This document shows, piece by piece, positions 30,201-44,433 of a stretch of 64,000 nucleotides of DNA. Every line of letters begins with the position of its first letter. Position 1 is the stretch's first letter. This stretch comes from Auanema rhodensis (taxonomy: Eukaryota > Animalia > Nematoda), in assembly GCA_964057225.1 (NCBI GenBank), contig OZ059898.1, forward strand, positions 4,092,001 through 4,156,000. Reading direction: 5' to 3'. The notes under the pieces were generated by a model that did not search any database, had not been told where the DNA came from, and worked only from the letters and a program-made list of their open reading frames with translations. A program made the translations under genes and the position numbers.

Positions 30201-33200
30201 ATCTGGTTTGATTTTTCGTTGTTAAAAACACATGCTAAATAATTCTCATTATTTGAGCTCTCAAGCTCATATGAGTTGGTTTTTTTAGTGAAGCACATTC
30301 GTTTCGAATCAATTAATATTATTCTTAACTCTATGTAATTTGGATCTTATATGTATTCAGATGAGAACATTTAATTATAACATATAAAATCTTATTCTTT
30401 ACAAATATTTTTCTTACTTAACTTTATACTTTTCAGAAGGATTATTTCCAATAGACCTAGCTTCCGTGAAAAGTGATCACGAATTTTTGGAACCTGACAG
30501 TCTTCAAACTCTATTTCGTCGTTTAGATGCACTTAATCGATGTGCAATAATGCGTATTGATAACGTCGTTTTGAGGCGAAGGGTTCGTGGAATTACTTTA
30601 TATTCTCATCGTTGTCTTTCGTTTTGAGAATGTTAATTCTTTTAAATTTTCAGAACGATAACTACGCTTATGATATGTATAGTTGTGACGAGGACGATAA
30701 TGTAAGTTTCTACTAAAATAGTTTTTTTCTTTAATTATAAATTATTAAAGTTTTATCAAGTACATAACAGTTCAAATTTCATTGTTTACTTGATATTGAC
30801 CTGATTAGATGACATGTTATCTTGTCAATTTCTATTTCTCATTTGGGTCATTTCATAGTCATTGTTCGCTTTTTTTCATTTTTCTCATTATTTTCTTATT
30901 TATTTTATTAAACAAAAGTATAGACATAATATAATATAAGACCTATATAACTGCATAATTTATAAAAATAAATTAGAATTATATTGCTTACAAAGTTTCG
31001 ATTTATTTATTATATTTCGTATTATTATCTAAATTCATATTGGGATTTCAGGTTGCCCTTTCGGGAAATTGGCAATATCAGAGAAACTCACACACGTGGT
31101 CTCGTGTAGCCAATGAACCCATGTATGGTGCTGCTGGTCGTATAGTATCAACATCTCAAACAACATCAACATCAGAAGCATGCCGGTTAGTTTGTTCAGT
31201 TATTGATTTGTTTGTTAAATATTCTTCATATTCATACTGTTTTATTGAGTTTCTTCATTTTTCAGTGATCCGTATGCTGTCAAACCCAAACGCCATTCAC
31301 CATATGATGAGCGCTGTGATCAGCAACAGCATCATCGACGTTTGGACCGCTTTGACCAACATCAAAATACACAGCAGCTTCCGTCCAATTTGCAAGCTCA
31401 TTCTGATCTGTAAGTTTATTTTATAAGCTATCTATTTTAAGGAAAACAAATTATTAATTAGCTAGCCATTTGTTTTAAATCAAATTTTTGCATAATTGTT
31501 ACCTTTATGATTACAGACCTATATCAAAGTTATCTCGATCTCAAAGTGAGCGAATAAAAGATACAGCGAGAGCCTTTATGAAGAGAATGAATCCACGATC
31601 GGGAAGCAGGTAATAAATACCTTTTTCATCTTATGATCTTCTATTTCTGCTCTTTTTTTTAATTAATATCAACGTTATTCAGAAGAAGAAGGGAGTCAAG
31701 AACTCGAGATGCAAGTCAGCTAATTATATCTGAACCTGTTCTGGTTAGCTATGACTCTGCTAGCCCTGAATCTATGAATATGATGAAACAAGTACAACGC
31801 CCTAAAGCAATGCCAGGTATACTTAAAATATTACTGAAATTATCAGACATCAGATAAAATACAATAATTTAATTTTTTTTGATAATTTGATTTGCATGGA
31901 CCTTTTCTGATTTTTCCTTTTACATTTACCTTTTTTTTAACAAAATAACATGTTTGTTTTAAGCTGTTAAACGATATGCTAGTTTTTTTGATTTGTTTTT
32001 GCAACATGTGTTGCTCATATCAATGTTTGAAATCGAATTGATTTGGCCTTCCTTTTTTAGTTAATGTTTATCATATTTTTGTTATTTCTTTAGAACGAGG
32101 TCGTTCTATGGCTGATCGTCCATCACGCTCAAAATCAGCTGTGCGAAGACAAGGTGTATTACTTCTCACACCAGAATCCGCAGAATCCTCACCCAATGAT
32201 GATTCTCTTCGAAGCATGAGGCATCGAGACCGTAGTGTGCCTCCACGAGTCTATTGTGATAGTCCATCAACATACGGAAGTCATTCCGGTAATGGATATG
32301 ATCGATCAAGACGCGATCGTAGTGTATTTTGTGGTTACATGTATCATGATAGTCCTTTGTCAAGGTGAATTTTATAATTCTAATATGTCATACCTCATTA
32401 ACTCATTTTATTCAAATAACTGCTTTGTTCAGATCTAGAGCACCACATCTTAGAAATCCATACTTGGATACAACATCAAGCCCGTACTACGGTAGTGGTG
32501 CCTCTTCACCCATTTACAGTAGCCCATACAGCAACCGCTCTTTCGCAACACCTCCTTCTAGATCAAGACATCAACTAAATGTCCAAGCGGATGGTTACTT
32601 CTTGCATGGTATTTCCGTTTAATCTAATCTATTTAACAGTTTTGAACAAAAAATAACAGAGATTTTTTTCTTAGTAATCTGCATGATTTTCTTTTTTACA
32701 TAACATTGGAATACAATTGATCACAAATATTCTTATAAATATATTGTTTTTATTTAAATATATGGCATATTTAAGGATCTTCTTTTGAAATTTCACCGGA
32801 CATTCATGGTCGAAAGGCTAGACCTTTCACCAGTTCTCCATCTACTTCTGGAGTAATTCTCGCTCCTCAGTTACGCGTTGATACATTAAGAAATAAGGTG
32901 AACTTCCTTTTAAAAATATAAATTTTTTACTTTGTTTTTTTTTAGAGCCAATCTAGCTTAGAAAATACTGATGAAGAGCAGTGTAGTGCTGTACCAAGCA
33001 GTCAAAATAGACGTGATTCTGGTGTAGGATCCAGTTTGTCGCGTTCTCCAAGGTACGCTCAGAAGAAGAAAACGGTCTTTGATCTGAATTTTAGTGGTCC
33101 ATCTTCTCAACGAATACGGCAATCAGTCTTACCGTATTATCAAACATTGCCATCATCTTTGACAAGTAGTTGCAATAGCTCATCTATGGGTTCTTGGAGT

Positions 33201-35369
33201 GGAACAGCAAATAAACGAAGAATAACAACATCAGATCGTATGATGACAACATCTTTAACATCTTGGTAGGATTTGATTATATTTTTTTAATCTTACACGT
33301 CTTTTAGCACCGGTGAAGATATCTTCTTCTCGGATGAACAACTTTTATCCCTTGTTGACGGATTGAGCTGCAATGAATTGGTTAGTATTTTAATTATGTT
33401 AATATATAAAATTGAATAAAAAGAATAAGTTTATATCTTTCAATTTCAGACAAAGATGCGTAAATTGGCTTTTTTGAGTATGACTGCCATTCTAGAGAAA
33501 TATATGGGAGTATCGAATGCGATTAAATTTGATCAATTTAATTCATTAAATGGAAATAGTGGAACAAACGCTGGAGCTCAAAAAAATAACTGGACAGTTC
33601 AAAAATTGATCAAGAAAATAAAACAAATAGATACAAAATCTGGAAAAGAAACTGAAGATACAACCGTTTTTGGACAATCTTTGGAGACTGTATATAGACG
33701 AACTGGAAGATGTTTGCCACGAACAATTCTAGAGGTTTATTGTTTTACTAATTAAATTGTCTAAGATATTCCTTTAGATACTTCGTTATCTTCGTCAGAT
33801 GGCTCCAGACACTGTCGGAATGTTCCGTAAAAACGGTGTTAAATCTCGTATCAGCGAACTACGCACATTGTGTGATCGTGATACTGACTCTGACGTTTTT
33901 GTTGATGCTCAGCGCTTGGATGCAGGCCAAGTTCATGATGTAGCTGATCTATTAAAACAGTATCTTCGTGAATTACCTAATCCTCTGATGACATCTCGTT
34001 TATCCGAAGTTTTTGCTGGCATTTTTATGCATGTTCCTGATAATGAAAGGTACTAACAAAAAATATATGGTATATTACGTATAAAATTACATTTTAGTAT
34101 ACGGCTATCCGCTCTTCAATTTGCTGTATTACTTTTACCTGATGAAAATCGTGAAGCTTTACAAACTCTTTTGCTTTTCTTAGCTGATGTAGCTAAATAT
34201 TCCGAAATTAATAACATGCCAGCTCAGAATTTATCTGTGTGCTTCACACCGTCGTTATTCCACCTTAGTGCTTCACGATTAGATAAAATATCTGTTAATC
34301 GGTTAGAAATAGCTTTTGATCGAGTTTTCATAATTTGTTTTGTTTTACTTCAGTCGTCATAAAACGATAGGATCAGCTGGAATGCCTACGGAGCGTGAAA
34401 TGCGGGAAACTCGAGCTGCTCAAATGTGCTTAACTTTCATGATTCAACATGTTCGTTCAATTTTTTTGGTGCCTGAAACGGTTTCTGTTGATAGGTAAGC
34501 TTGAAACTTGTATTATCTTTATATATGCCTTTCTCAGAAACAGTTGTGAAGAAGAATCACCTCTTCTTAAAGATCTTAGCCTTCACGGTCCTCGTGCTTA
34601 CCTAATGGAACGTGTATCCGATTTAATACAGGTTTATAATAAATAATTGAATATTAATCATTTCCACAATATTGTAGGAAAATTCTGATCGTTGGAAAGG
34701 ATGGATAGTAGAAGGACACCTTGAGGGTGTTGAAATTAGTTCGAAGAAACCGTCAGATAATTATCCAATTCGTCCTCTACGTGTTTGGGTTGACGTACCT
34801 GCTCCACCGAAAGAAGTTATGTATCGTATTCTACGTGAACGCTCTGTATGGGATATTGATGTTATAAATTGGAGGACTATAGATACAGTTAATGCACCTG
34901 ATACTGATATTCACCAATATGTATTGAATGATACAATTGGGCATCCAACACGAGATTGTTATGTTGTTAGGTATGTTAATATCTAAAAATAAACCTGAAA
35001 TATGATCCAATAACGAACTTTAGACATCATCGATCGGATATGCCAGAGTTGCATGGAGCATGCGCAATTGCTGAGAGATCAGTACAATGTGGAGAAACAC
35101 AGTTACTAGGAGGGATTAGTGCTATTGTATTTGATATTCGCTTTTTAATTGAGCCTAAAAATGGTTATTCACGTGTAACATACATTGCTCGCGTTGATTT
35201 AAAGTAGCGTTTTCTCATTAAGTATTATTATTTTATTTTTTTCTGTTTTAGAGGCCGAAATTCAACGTGGTACAATAAAGTTCACGGAAATGTCTTGGCT
35301 CGACAAATGGCTCGGCTTCGTGATTCATTTAGAAAAACTGATGAATATGGTCCAGAAACTAAAGTTTGA
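6325..35369 (+). CDS. gei-1: DLC1/STARD13/crossveinless-c family SAM-RhoGAP-START protein, multi-exon, longest predicted isoform
   Basis: The core is unambiguous: SAM exon 28585-28656 (EQEALELCQWLRKAGFPQYANQYE), conserved RRDSGVGSSLSR near 33010, RhoGAP arginine finger GMFRKNG near 33820 and ADLLKQYLRELPNPL, START exons 34678-35369, C-terminus GPETKV*. Upstream exons (6325-6405, 9974-10047, 10093-10202, 10876-11027, clusters 11998-13917 and 21205-22456) splice GT-AG in a consistent phase with no stop into the SAM exon. Their linkage to the core is inferred from phase only. Confidence 0.85.
15021..15073. repeat. (TC)n microsatellite
   Basis: Directly visible interrupted TC dinucleotide run in a gei-1 intron. 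Confidence 0.9.
16542..16571. repeat. (TA)n microsatellite
   Basis: Directly visible TA run. Confidence 0.9.
18090..18248. repeat. (TA)n run followed by a compound (CT)n(TA)n(CT)n microsatellite
   Basis: Directly visible at about 18090-18136 and 18199-18248. Confidence 0.9.
21093..21113 (+). other. Candidate alternative first coding exon of gei-1 (MFPSHPC)
   Basis: ATG lies 8 nt after an ATATCAG acceptor (21084). The exon ends at a phase-0 GTATGT donor that matches the phase-0 exon at 21205. Confidence 0.5.
26849..26909 (+). other. Candidate alternative first coding exon of a short gei-1 isoform (MFNRLIAYSPTSIINKETVK)
   Basis: TTTCAATAG acceptor at 26831, ATG at 26849, and a phase-1 G|GTAAAA donor that matches the phase-1 SAM exon at 28585. 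Confidence 0.5.
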
Positions 35370-36528
35370 CCTGTTGTTTTTTCTGCTAAGGAACGGTTAT
35401 TGCAACGGGTTATCTTAATATGATGTTAATTTTTCTCCACCTCTTATTACATTGCATAGTTTCACCTTCCACAAAGTCATATCTTGTCATTGTTTAGGAT
35501 TGATCAAATCATAGATTAATTTCAATTGAGAAATCAATTTTCAACGAAAATTGTTTATAATTTTGTTTTCGTTTCATTATTTTCATGTACGATCCTGCTA
35601 TATCATCATGACTGCCGGGGAACTCCTCTTTTACTAATACGGGCTTCAAAGCTATACTGCTCAGTAATAATTTTCATTGTTAAGTTATATTTGTATATTT
35701 TATTAGTAAAGCGACAGATTCAGATACATTGTTCCAAACATTTCATAATTTGATAAGTATCGAGATATTAGGCATAACGCTCAATGATAATATTGTAAAC
35801 ATTATTATTATATACCCATTATTATGTAAACAAATTCAATCCCGGTTCTCAATTATATATATATTTATGTATATATATTTTTTTTATATTTCATTCAAAT
35901 AAACCAATTATTCAATTAAATTTCCAATTCCAAATACACTGATAAAGTAATAAAATAATTCAACTTTAAATATAGCATACTTTATTTAAGAAATTAAAGA
36001 AATATACATGAAGTACTTTCTATATCTGTTAATTTATATGTTATTATCATATTCTATGAAAAATAATAATAATAAGTCATATTTGTCTTATAACTGACAC
36101 TGTTTTATGCACATAGGTACTATTAAAAAAAACTTTATGTATAATAACAACTATATCCAGTCGAATGTGGAAACTAACGAACTAGAAAAGTCTGATTATC
36201 AAAAACGGAAAGTTCCAGATTCCTTAAGCTTTGTTCCATGTGTATAATAAAAAATCAAAGAAATCATCAAGAAAAGACTTAATCAGTAAAAATCAGTTCA
36301 GGTGAAAAGCGAGAAGCAGATGCTTATGGTCATTTTTAGTGGAATATTTTGAGAGGTTAAAATTTTTGATATGATTTCATAGCCGTGATTAGTAAATATA
36401 AACAAACAATATGAGCAACAAGAATAAGGCCGTGATTAACAAGCAGTTCAATTTTGTGCATAATGTACATAACATTTCGATTTGAATAAATATTGAGATC
36501 AAACAGTTTGGTAAGAAATAAAACTAGT

Positions 36529-39500
36529 TCATAACAAGTTACGTTTCGAAGAACGGGTCGGAATCTTAATAATTTTCTCGCAATTTTTCACATGCTTTCC
36601 ATTACTTTTAGAACAAGTATTGGTTGGGCTTATCCGGTGAAATCCATTTTTGCCTTTTTCTTTTGTTGGTAAAACATTGGCCGCAGATTCTAACGCTTCC
36701 ATTTCAGTATTAGAAGTTCTGAATATGGATAGAAATAAAGAATAGATAAAGGTTTCATACATGAAATTTTGGCCTTTGAGAAAAAAATTAAACTTCCACC
36801 ACTATTAACATAAATAGTGTAGAAATCAAAATAAAAACAAGAAAAACAGATGAAAATGATAATTTTTAGAGATCACAGAAAGCTCAATTCGAACAAATTT
36901 GAATGTTAATAATTTGTATGAAGATTGCAAACTTAGCTGAATGAGTTAACATTCAGAAAAAACAGGAAAATAAAAATATTAAATGAAAAATAATACTTAC
37001 TCGTCATCTTTTACGGGGGTTGGAACCTTTTCAGAAGAAACGTTTTCTTCTAATAAAACTTCTCTAGTGTCATCGATGGACATCAGTGACTGAATGGGAT
37101 ATAACTATATGAATACGAAAGCATCACAAACCTCTACCACTTCACAAAACGAATCCACTACTCTTTGACTGATAGGAACACCCATCATGCTTTGCTCCCA
37201 AATGTTTTCTAGTATTTGCCCTTGCGTTACTAATTCCCGATGTTTTTCTTTTTCCCGCTTTACTACTAAGTATAGTAAAGACCGTCCCTAAAATTTAATT
37301 TTTTTTTTAATTTTTTTAAATCCGTTTACCATATCTAATGATTTCTGTAGTCGTCCAGATTGCAAATTCAATCTAGAGTTTACGTAACCATCATCGTTAG
37401 TATCACAAGAGATTTGGGGTAAAATCATGGGTATTGCCTCCACATTAAGCTAAACCAAACATATAAAAAGAAGTGATACCATTATACCTTAATTTCATCG
37501 TGAGGATTTCTAATCAATGGTTTTCCATTGTTATCTGTTCGTTTAAGTTTCCAATACTCATATACATCTGATACAACAACTTTATCAATTCCAGAGCTAT
37601 AAATAAATTGTGAAAAGGTTGAATTAACGAATAACGTACGCTTTGCTTATGATTTCATAATCGACTTGTAAGTAAAAATGAGATTCAAGTCTCTGGAGTT
37701 CAATATTTTCTTTTCCTTCATAGTCTTCTTCAATTTGTTTCTAAATCAAACTGATACAAACAAAACGTGGATTATAACTTACTTTATCAGGAGATTTTGT
37801 CACTGAGTGCCTAGTACAGAAACTATGGAAACGTACAGCATCTACATTTGGATCAGGATCCTGGGAATGAAATGGGATTACACGTAGAAATTTTTTTTAA
37901 AACCTGATCTATCCTCATTTCTAGACCACTTCTTAACCCACAAGTAACATGAAAAGCAGTTCTACAAGAAGGAAAAGTGCATTGAATACAAGCGCCTTGT
38001 CTAGTATCACAAACACAGCATCTAAAAATATCAAAAGCTGATAATACCAAATTGGAAAATATACTTCATTTGCCAGCGTTCATCGGGAATTTCATCTAAA
38101 CTAGTAATAGGCTCTCGTAGTTCAGCATTTCCAAATCTAACAATAAATTTTCTAGTGTCAGTAGCATTAAAGGTAATAAACCTGCATTCTGGAATCCACA
38201 ATGCACAAGCTACATGAGCCCATCTACATTTATTGTCTTCCATTTTCTTCGTACATTTCAAAGCTCCTCCTCGAGTAGGACAGAGTAGGCAGGGTGGTGA
38301 AAATCCATAGCCCAACGCGCACTTTTGACATATCCATTCTTCTTCAGGTAAGGCAGTTAGACCGTAACATGACATATGGACACACATATTACACCCATCA
38401 CAGAAAACCATATTATCATCTGGTTCTGATTCAGCCTATATACAACAACCATAGGTAGGATAAAACTAATCAAACTAACTCCGCGACAAATGTCACAAGC
38501 AGCTTCTTCATCAACTTCATCGAAATTGGGAGAATGCAAAGGAGCTATAAGCAACTGATGAATCCTCTGAATAGATACGTTTATTTTGAGTAATAAGATA
38601 TTCAAACAACTTCATAACAATTCACTTCCAGAGTATTCATAACATTAAGAAATGTCATCATCGTTACTTTAGTTTTGCCATTTCTATCCCGATTCTGAAA
38701 AAAAAGTTTTTCTTTATAAAAAAGAAAAAATTTCACCTTGTTTAGTTCTTCGAGCCAAATCTCGTCTAATCTATCAGCTTGATATAATAAACGTTGGGGG
38801 AGAATTGTACAAGCGTGAGTAGCAGGAGAAACATAAGAAGATGGAGCAGATCCTTCCGGCCGTATACCAATATATTTAGTAGGCATTCGAAAAACGCCCT
38901 TCGTTGGAATATTTAAATCGTTCTCTGCTACTTTAAAAGCAGGTAAAGCTTTAGGATTCATAGGAACTTGGACTCCATGATTCCACTCTTCTCGCCACCT
39001 AAATCCAGAGTTCAAAATAACATATTTCTACACTTAATCAACCTATCAGTAAGTCTAAGCAAACCATTTCCCGGACCACTCTCCTCATCACTGTCTTCGC
39101 TTAAATCTTCATTGTTTCGAAGACTATGGATTAAATCAGTTCTATATAATTCTGCCGGACGACCATCTAAAATTAAGAAAAAACTAACTTAGAAAAGCGT
39201 GAAAGGGATTAAACCATTATGAACAACATAATATTTCTTTTTCTTTTTCAATAAATTTTCCTCTGCGCTATCTTCATCTCCTGAACTTTCGAAAGCTCTG
39301 AAACATAGGTAATGAAAAAAGAAAAAAAAACAGTAATACTTTTCACTTTCGTCATCCGAAGAGCATTCTGAAAAATCCACATCCGCATTATCCTCATCAC
39401 CAGATAAGGCCAAATTTAAATCGCCATGATCTTGAAACAAAAATTGTTTAGCATAGTATTCAGAATTAAAATTATTACGAGCTCTCGGTTCTTTCCGCAC

Positions 39501-39800
39501 CCGATTTACAATTTTTTCATTCAAACGCCTTCGTTTAGTAGAAACGGTTTCCTCACAATTCTCATCTTCACATTTATCGTTTGCTTTATGCCTTTTAGCA
39601 AATCGAATATCATTTTCATCTTCTAAAAATATTATATTGAAATATAGTTCTCCAATAATATTCTAACTCTTAGAATCCCCTTTTCTTAGTCGTCTTGGGG
39701 ACGTAGATGGATTGATAGTTTCCAGTTTTTTGCTTATTCGAAGTTTATTATTATTTTCAGTAGGCATTGCACCAGCGAATGAGGGAGCTGCTGGCGGCAT
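36529..39800 (-). CDS. phf-15: JADE-family PHD-zinc knuckle-PHD chromatin scaffold (HBO1 complex subunit)
   Basis: EPL1-like GRPAELYRTDLI and WREEWNHGVQVP; PHD1 CDICRG...FCDGCNMCVHMSCYG; GGALK...WAHVACALWIPE; PHD2 GACIQC...AFHVTC; YEYWKLKR and LLYLVVKREK after the PHDs; no bromodomain or PWWP seen. The start at 39800 follows a TTTCAG acceptor at 39864. Confidence 0.9.
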
Positions 39801-40039
39801 TCTTTGGCTTAAGATAGCCGAAGGCAAGCGTAATACATACGATAATATATTAATGTTCCAAATCTGAAATAAATACAAATTAAGACATATCCCTGCCATT
39901 CACTTGCTACTCATAAGTTTAAACATGTATATTCTTCATAATACTATGTCAGTTAAATTAAGCATAAAGCAAAAATTACAATATTCAAATTTTTTTCAAA
40001 AAAAAAATGAAAATTCGTGAATTGGCAAGAACAAGAAAA

Positions 40040-40100
40040 TTTAAAACGCACGATACGCGACGCGTGAGGTGGGCGGTCGTGGCGGCAGACTGCGAATCTA
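40040..40100. promoter_or_regulatory. Probable bidirectional promoter core between phf-15 and the CCCH gene
   Basis: CpG/GC-rich island (acgcgacgcgtgaggtgggcggtcgtggcggc) in an AT-rich gap of about 500 bp between divergent start codons. Confidence 0.55.
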
Positions 40101-40304
40101 AGTAACGTTTATATGTTGCATTTGTATACTATGCTATTGATCATTTAATAATAATTACATTTGAAAATACCTTTGGGCAAATTTATGTTTCTATATAGTA
40201 ATATAATACAAATATAATTTATAATTGTATAATTACTGGAATAGTTGTATATGTTTTTTCCATTGTTAGTGGTTTGTGGATGGTAGTAATTTTTTATGTT
40301 ACAG

Positions 40305-41326
40305 ATGGTAGAAGAGAAAATTGATACTAGTTCCTCTATAGCAACCGAAACCCCAATTGCTCAAGATGAACCTGTTTCTGGTTGTATTATTGCTCCTGAC
40401 GAGAAACCTATAGCCAATGGCTCGAATGCTGAAGGGACTAGTAGCGAAGAACGTCCGCGCGAAAAGGGTGGGCGTGGGGAGGACCGGGATGACGTCTGCC
40501 GCGACTTTTTGAAAAACATTTGTAATCGTGGCTCACGTTGCAAGTTCTATCATCCACCGGAAACCCAAGTGCGAAACGATGAAACTATCAATTTCTGCAT
40601 TGACTACCAGGTGTGACTTTGGCCTTTTTGTCTGCGTTTGCGTCTAAAAATTGTTATTAGTTTTCGCTTTTTTAGAATCGCGGGTGCATGCGAGACAACT
40701 GTCGATTTGTTCATGCTGCGCGCGAAGAAGTGGAGCGATACAAGCATACGCGCGAAGTTACTCTTCCGCTAGCTCGAGCCATTGCAGCTGTTACCCAAGG
40801 AGATACCATAGCTGGGATACCTGTTTGCAAAGAGTTTCAATCTGGGAAATGTGCTCGTGGTGCTGCCAGATGTCGTTATTGGCATGTAAACATCGAGGAC
40901 GAACGTGATCGACGGTTGCGCGGATTACCTCCAAGTGGTGGACCTGGCGGTAGATTTGGAGGTCCAGTTGGAGGCAACGGACGGTTTGGACCGGTTATGT
41001 TTGGAGGTCCAGTATTAAGTGGGATGAGAAGACCGGGACCTTCAATGGATGGACCATATGAGAAAAGACCTCGGTTGGAGGATCAGAGAATCATGGAGTT
41101 GGAAAGAAAAAATGCTGAACTAATGAAGGAACTTGAAGTCTTGAAAAGGGAATTGCAACGAGAGCATGAGCGCTACGAAGATCTATATGCTTTATTCCGA
41201 CAACAAGGAGGTGGTTTGGGGGGTGGCGCTGTACCTGCTCCAGCTATGACAAAACAAGGTGCTCCCCCTTCTGTGTATGCTCCGTATGGCGGATGGAATC
41301 CTAGTGCCATGAGTGGATGGCAGTGA
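40305..41326 (+). CDS. ZC3H10-like protein with three CCCH zinc fingers, Gly-rich region and coiled coil
   Basis: CRDFLKNICNRGSRCKFYH, CIDYQNRGCMRDNCRFVH and CKEFQSGKCARGAARCRYWH. Single intron 40611-40675. ATG follows directly on a TTACAG acceptor. Confidence 0.88.
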
Positions 41327-41801
41327 CGTGTATATTATCTATGTTCTTTCTTTTCCGTTATGATCTTATTCAGGCGTGTTGTTGTATGTTAAGGATCTTT
41401 GTTTTTTTTTGTTGATCAGTGAAAATAGGTTTTTGAGATTTTAGTTATGGGCAATAATTTTATTTACTTCAATTGCTTCTCTTTACTAGTAACGCTACAG
41501 GTATCTGAGCGGCAGTTCTATATTCACGTGTATGCGTTGTTAATTTCATTCCGTTGTTGCTCTTTTGTATTTAATGTTTTTGAAAGATTATAAATGATTT
41601 ACTGAATTATGCTCATATCAATATTATTATACTCTCGAAACAACCCGGTTTTCGATATAAAATCGAAAGAAAGATGGATGACTATGAATTCGAGTAAAAT
41701 TCTTTCTGGTATAACAGGCAATTCGAGTAGGCAATAACGATACATTGGAAAATATTAGTGCAAAGCATAGCACAGATTAATTTGGAATATATTTAGGTGG
41801 C

Positions 41802-42751
41802 TCACAGAATGCTGCAATGCTTCTTGATTCCTCTCTTTTTCGTCCTTCCACCACTTGCGCCCGCATCTAGCCCAGCTCCTCCAGCTCCTAGAGTTCCCCC
41901 TTTCCTCCTTTTTATTTCACGCATTAGGTCATAAAAGACCTGAACAAAAAATTAAGAGTAAATAACTTTTTAATAAGTCACCTTATCGACATTTTCTCTT
42001 CTTTTAGCAGATGTCTCAATGTACATAACTCCCCATTGCTCTGCTCTAAATCATATGACTTGACTTTTCGCCTTTTTAATGTTTCCGCATGCAAAAAAAA
42101 TCATTTATATACCTTTGTCTTGCTAGTTCCAAGGGAACCACCCTCTCTTCTTTCAAATCAGCTTTATTTCCAACCAAAATGATAGGTACAGAATTATCTG
42201 AGTTTTTCACACGGAGAATTTGTTCTCTGAAATGATAGTTTCATGATATAAACTAAATAGATAAGAACCTGAATTCATTTGTTGCTTCAAAAGACTCTAA
42301 ATCGAGAATGGAAAATACACATATGAAACCTTCTCCACTACGATAATAATTATCCCTAAATTAAATAGAAAAAAATAGAAAAAATAAAGCTAAAATAAAG
42401 CCATACCTAATAGCAGAGTAGTCTTCTTGACCAGCAGTGTCAAGGATATCTATTGAACATTCTTCTCCATCAAGAGCAACCTTTTTTCTGTATGAGTCAG
42501 CTTTCGTGGGCTCATATTCTTCCACAAACTGATATAAAAACATAATATTACATTAAAATAAAAGCCTTACTTCATCGTACATGAATTGAAGAGTAAGAGC
42601 CGATTTTCCTACTCCTCCACTACCTACCATAATGACCTAGTAAACATCTAATTTTAAAAAAAAATGCCTCATAGAAAGTTTTTACCTTATGAACAACAGG
42701 AACATTTCCACCTGGAGGAACCGCAGAACTTTGTTTTTTTATATTGGACAT
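41802..42751 (-). CDS. ral-1: Ral small GTPase
   Basis: Seven exons. GSGGVGKS P-loop, Ral effector region [33 protein letters not shown], and a polybasic tail ending in CAAX CSIL. Confidence 0.96.
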
Positions 42752-44402
42752 ACCTAAATCATATAGTTAGGAAAAACCAACTTATAATGCTAAAATAAAT
42801 GACTAATTGTATTGTAGTATAGAAACAAATGCCGTCCAATTAAAAATAAAGTCGCAAAGGTGTATCTTTACATTTTTGAATACACGAAATAGCATTAATG
42901 AATCATAAGAAACATGCGCAAATAAAGTTCAAAAGGTAAAAAGGTTTATACTATTTAACACGTTAGTATTCTTTTTTTAAAAACAATATATCGTATTCTA
43001 ACTGACGTGTATAAACAGAAGATAAGAAATTATAGAAATATGAACCAGATAAAAAATAAAAATTGGTAATGCTGTACTGTGCTATCAATATATTTGTTTC
43101 GTTCAAATAGTGTACATATAGAATGGGCACAAGGCTCGGGCCAAATATAACTTTGAAAAATAAACAATTTTTTGTTTTCTAACATAGGCATCGATAAATA
43201 GATTTGGAAATTGAGCAATCGATGCTAATGTTTTGAATTGTCCTCAATGACTAATAATGGCAAACTTTAATATTTAAACATTTGTTAGTAAGATATGCTC
43301 TAAAGAGCCAATTTAAATTGATATTATTCCACTTACCTTCTATATCATTATTGCGAGAGCTATTGTCTCCTTTGAAGAAGGATATTAATAGTAAGAACCG
43401 TCCTTTGATAAAGGACCATATTCGACGAAATAAATTGCCAGAAGGATGCATTACAATAATACAGCAACCATAAGGTAAAAAGCAAATATAAATAGCCTAT
43501 ATCAACTCAAGCCGTTCGAGTTGCTGTTGGCAACCGATTATAAATTATGTCCTCCTCACGTATTTCTAGGGGCGTGGCGAACAGCAACGCAGCAGTCTTT
43601 CGTGAGAACCTTATTTGGCTTTGGTAACAAGCTGTTGTCCAGTTGAGCGATAGTGACCTGTATGTGCTTTGGGTATTTGGCTATTTGAACAACTGCTCGT
43701 TAAATTAGCATCGTACTCTTTACCGGATAAGAAAATTTTATGATATAGGTGACCAGTGAAATATAGTTGCTGTATGAGAATGAAGTAAAAAGGTTCCGAT
43801 TATACTGTTAAAGAAACAATTTGAGATTCTGACGATCAGTCAATAATTCATAAAGCTCAAATATACTCAAGTAAATTATAATAGTACTATTATATGCAAC
43901 GAACCGGATAGTATTCTAGTTGCCACAAAAGGACTAGATGCTGTATACAATTCACATTTGAATCCGCTTATGTGGCAATGTTCAGAGTGAATACTACAGG
44001 TAATCCTGTTAGACCAGTAGTATAAATTTAAACAAAAAGAGAAACAGAAGTTCTACAATGGTATATAAACAAAGGCTTAAAAAAATGTTTGAAGAATGAA
44101 AATTTTAAATTGTTTATATTTGAATAATTGACCTTTTTTAGGAACCCTCAGCAGAATCAAATCATAAAAAATAGAAATGTATGCATTATTTGCGTAATTG
44201 TTTTCGATATGCTGATGAAATTCTGTCGAAAGATTGATGCATAATCGATGGTAATTTCCAAGAAAAAAGTGCGTTGAAATCTACAATTTCAGATTCCAGT
44301 AATGTGGTGGTTTAAAAAAAACATACGTATAAAATTAGTTCCAGATATATACAAGTATAGAATAATAACACTATATATTAATTAAAATAATTCGTTGCGC
44401 TA

Positions 44403-44433
<31 letters not shown>

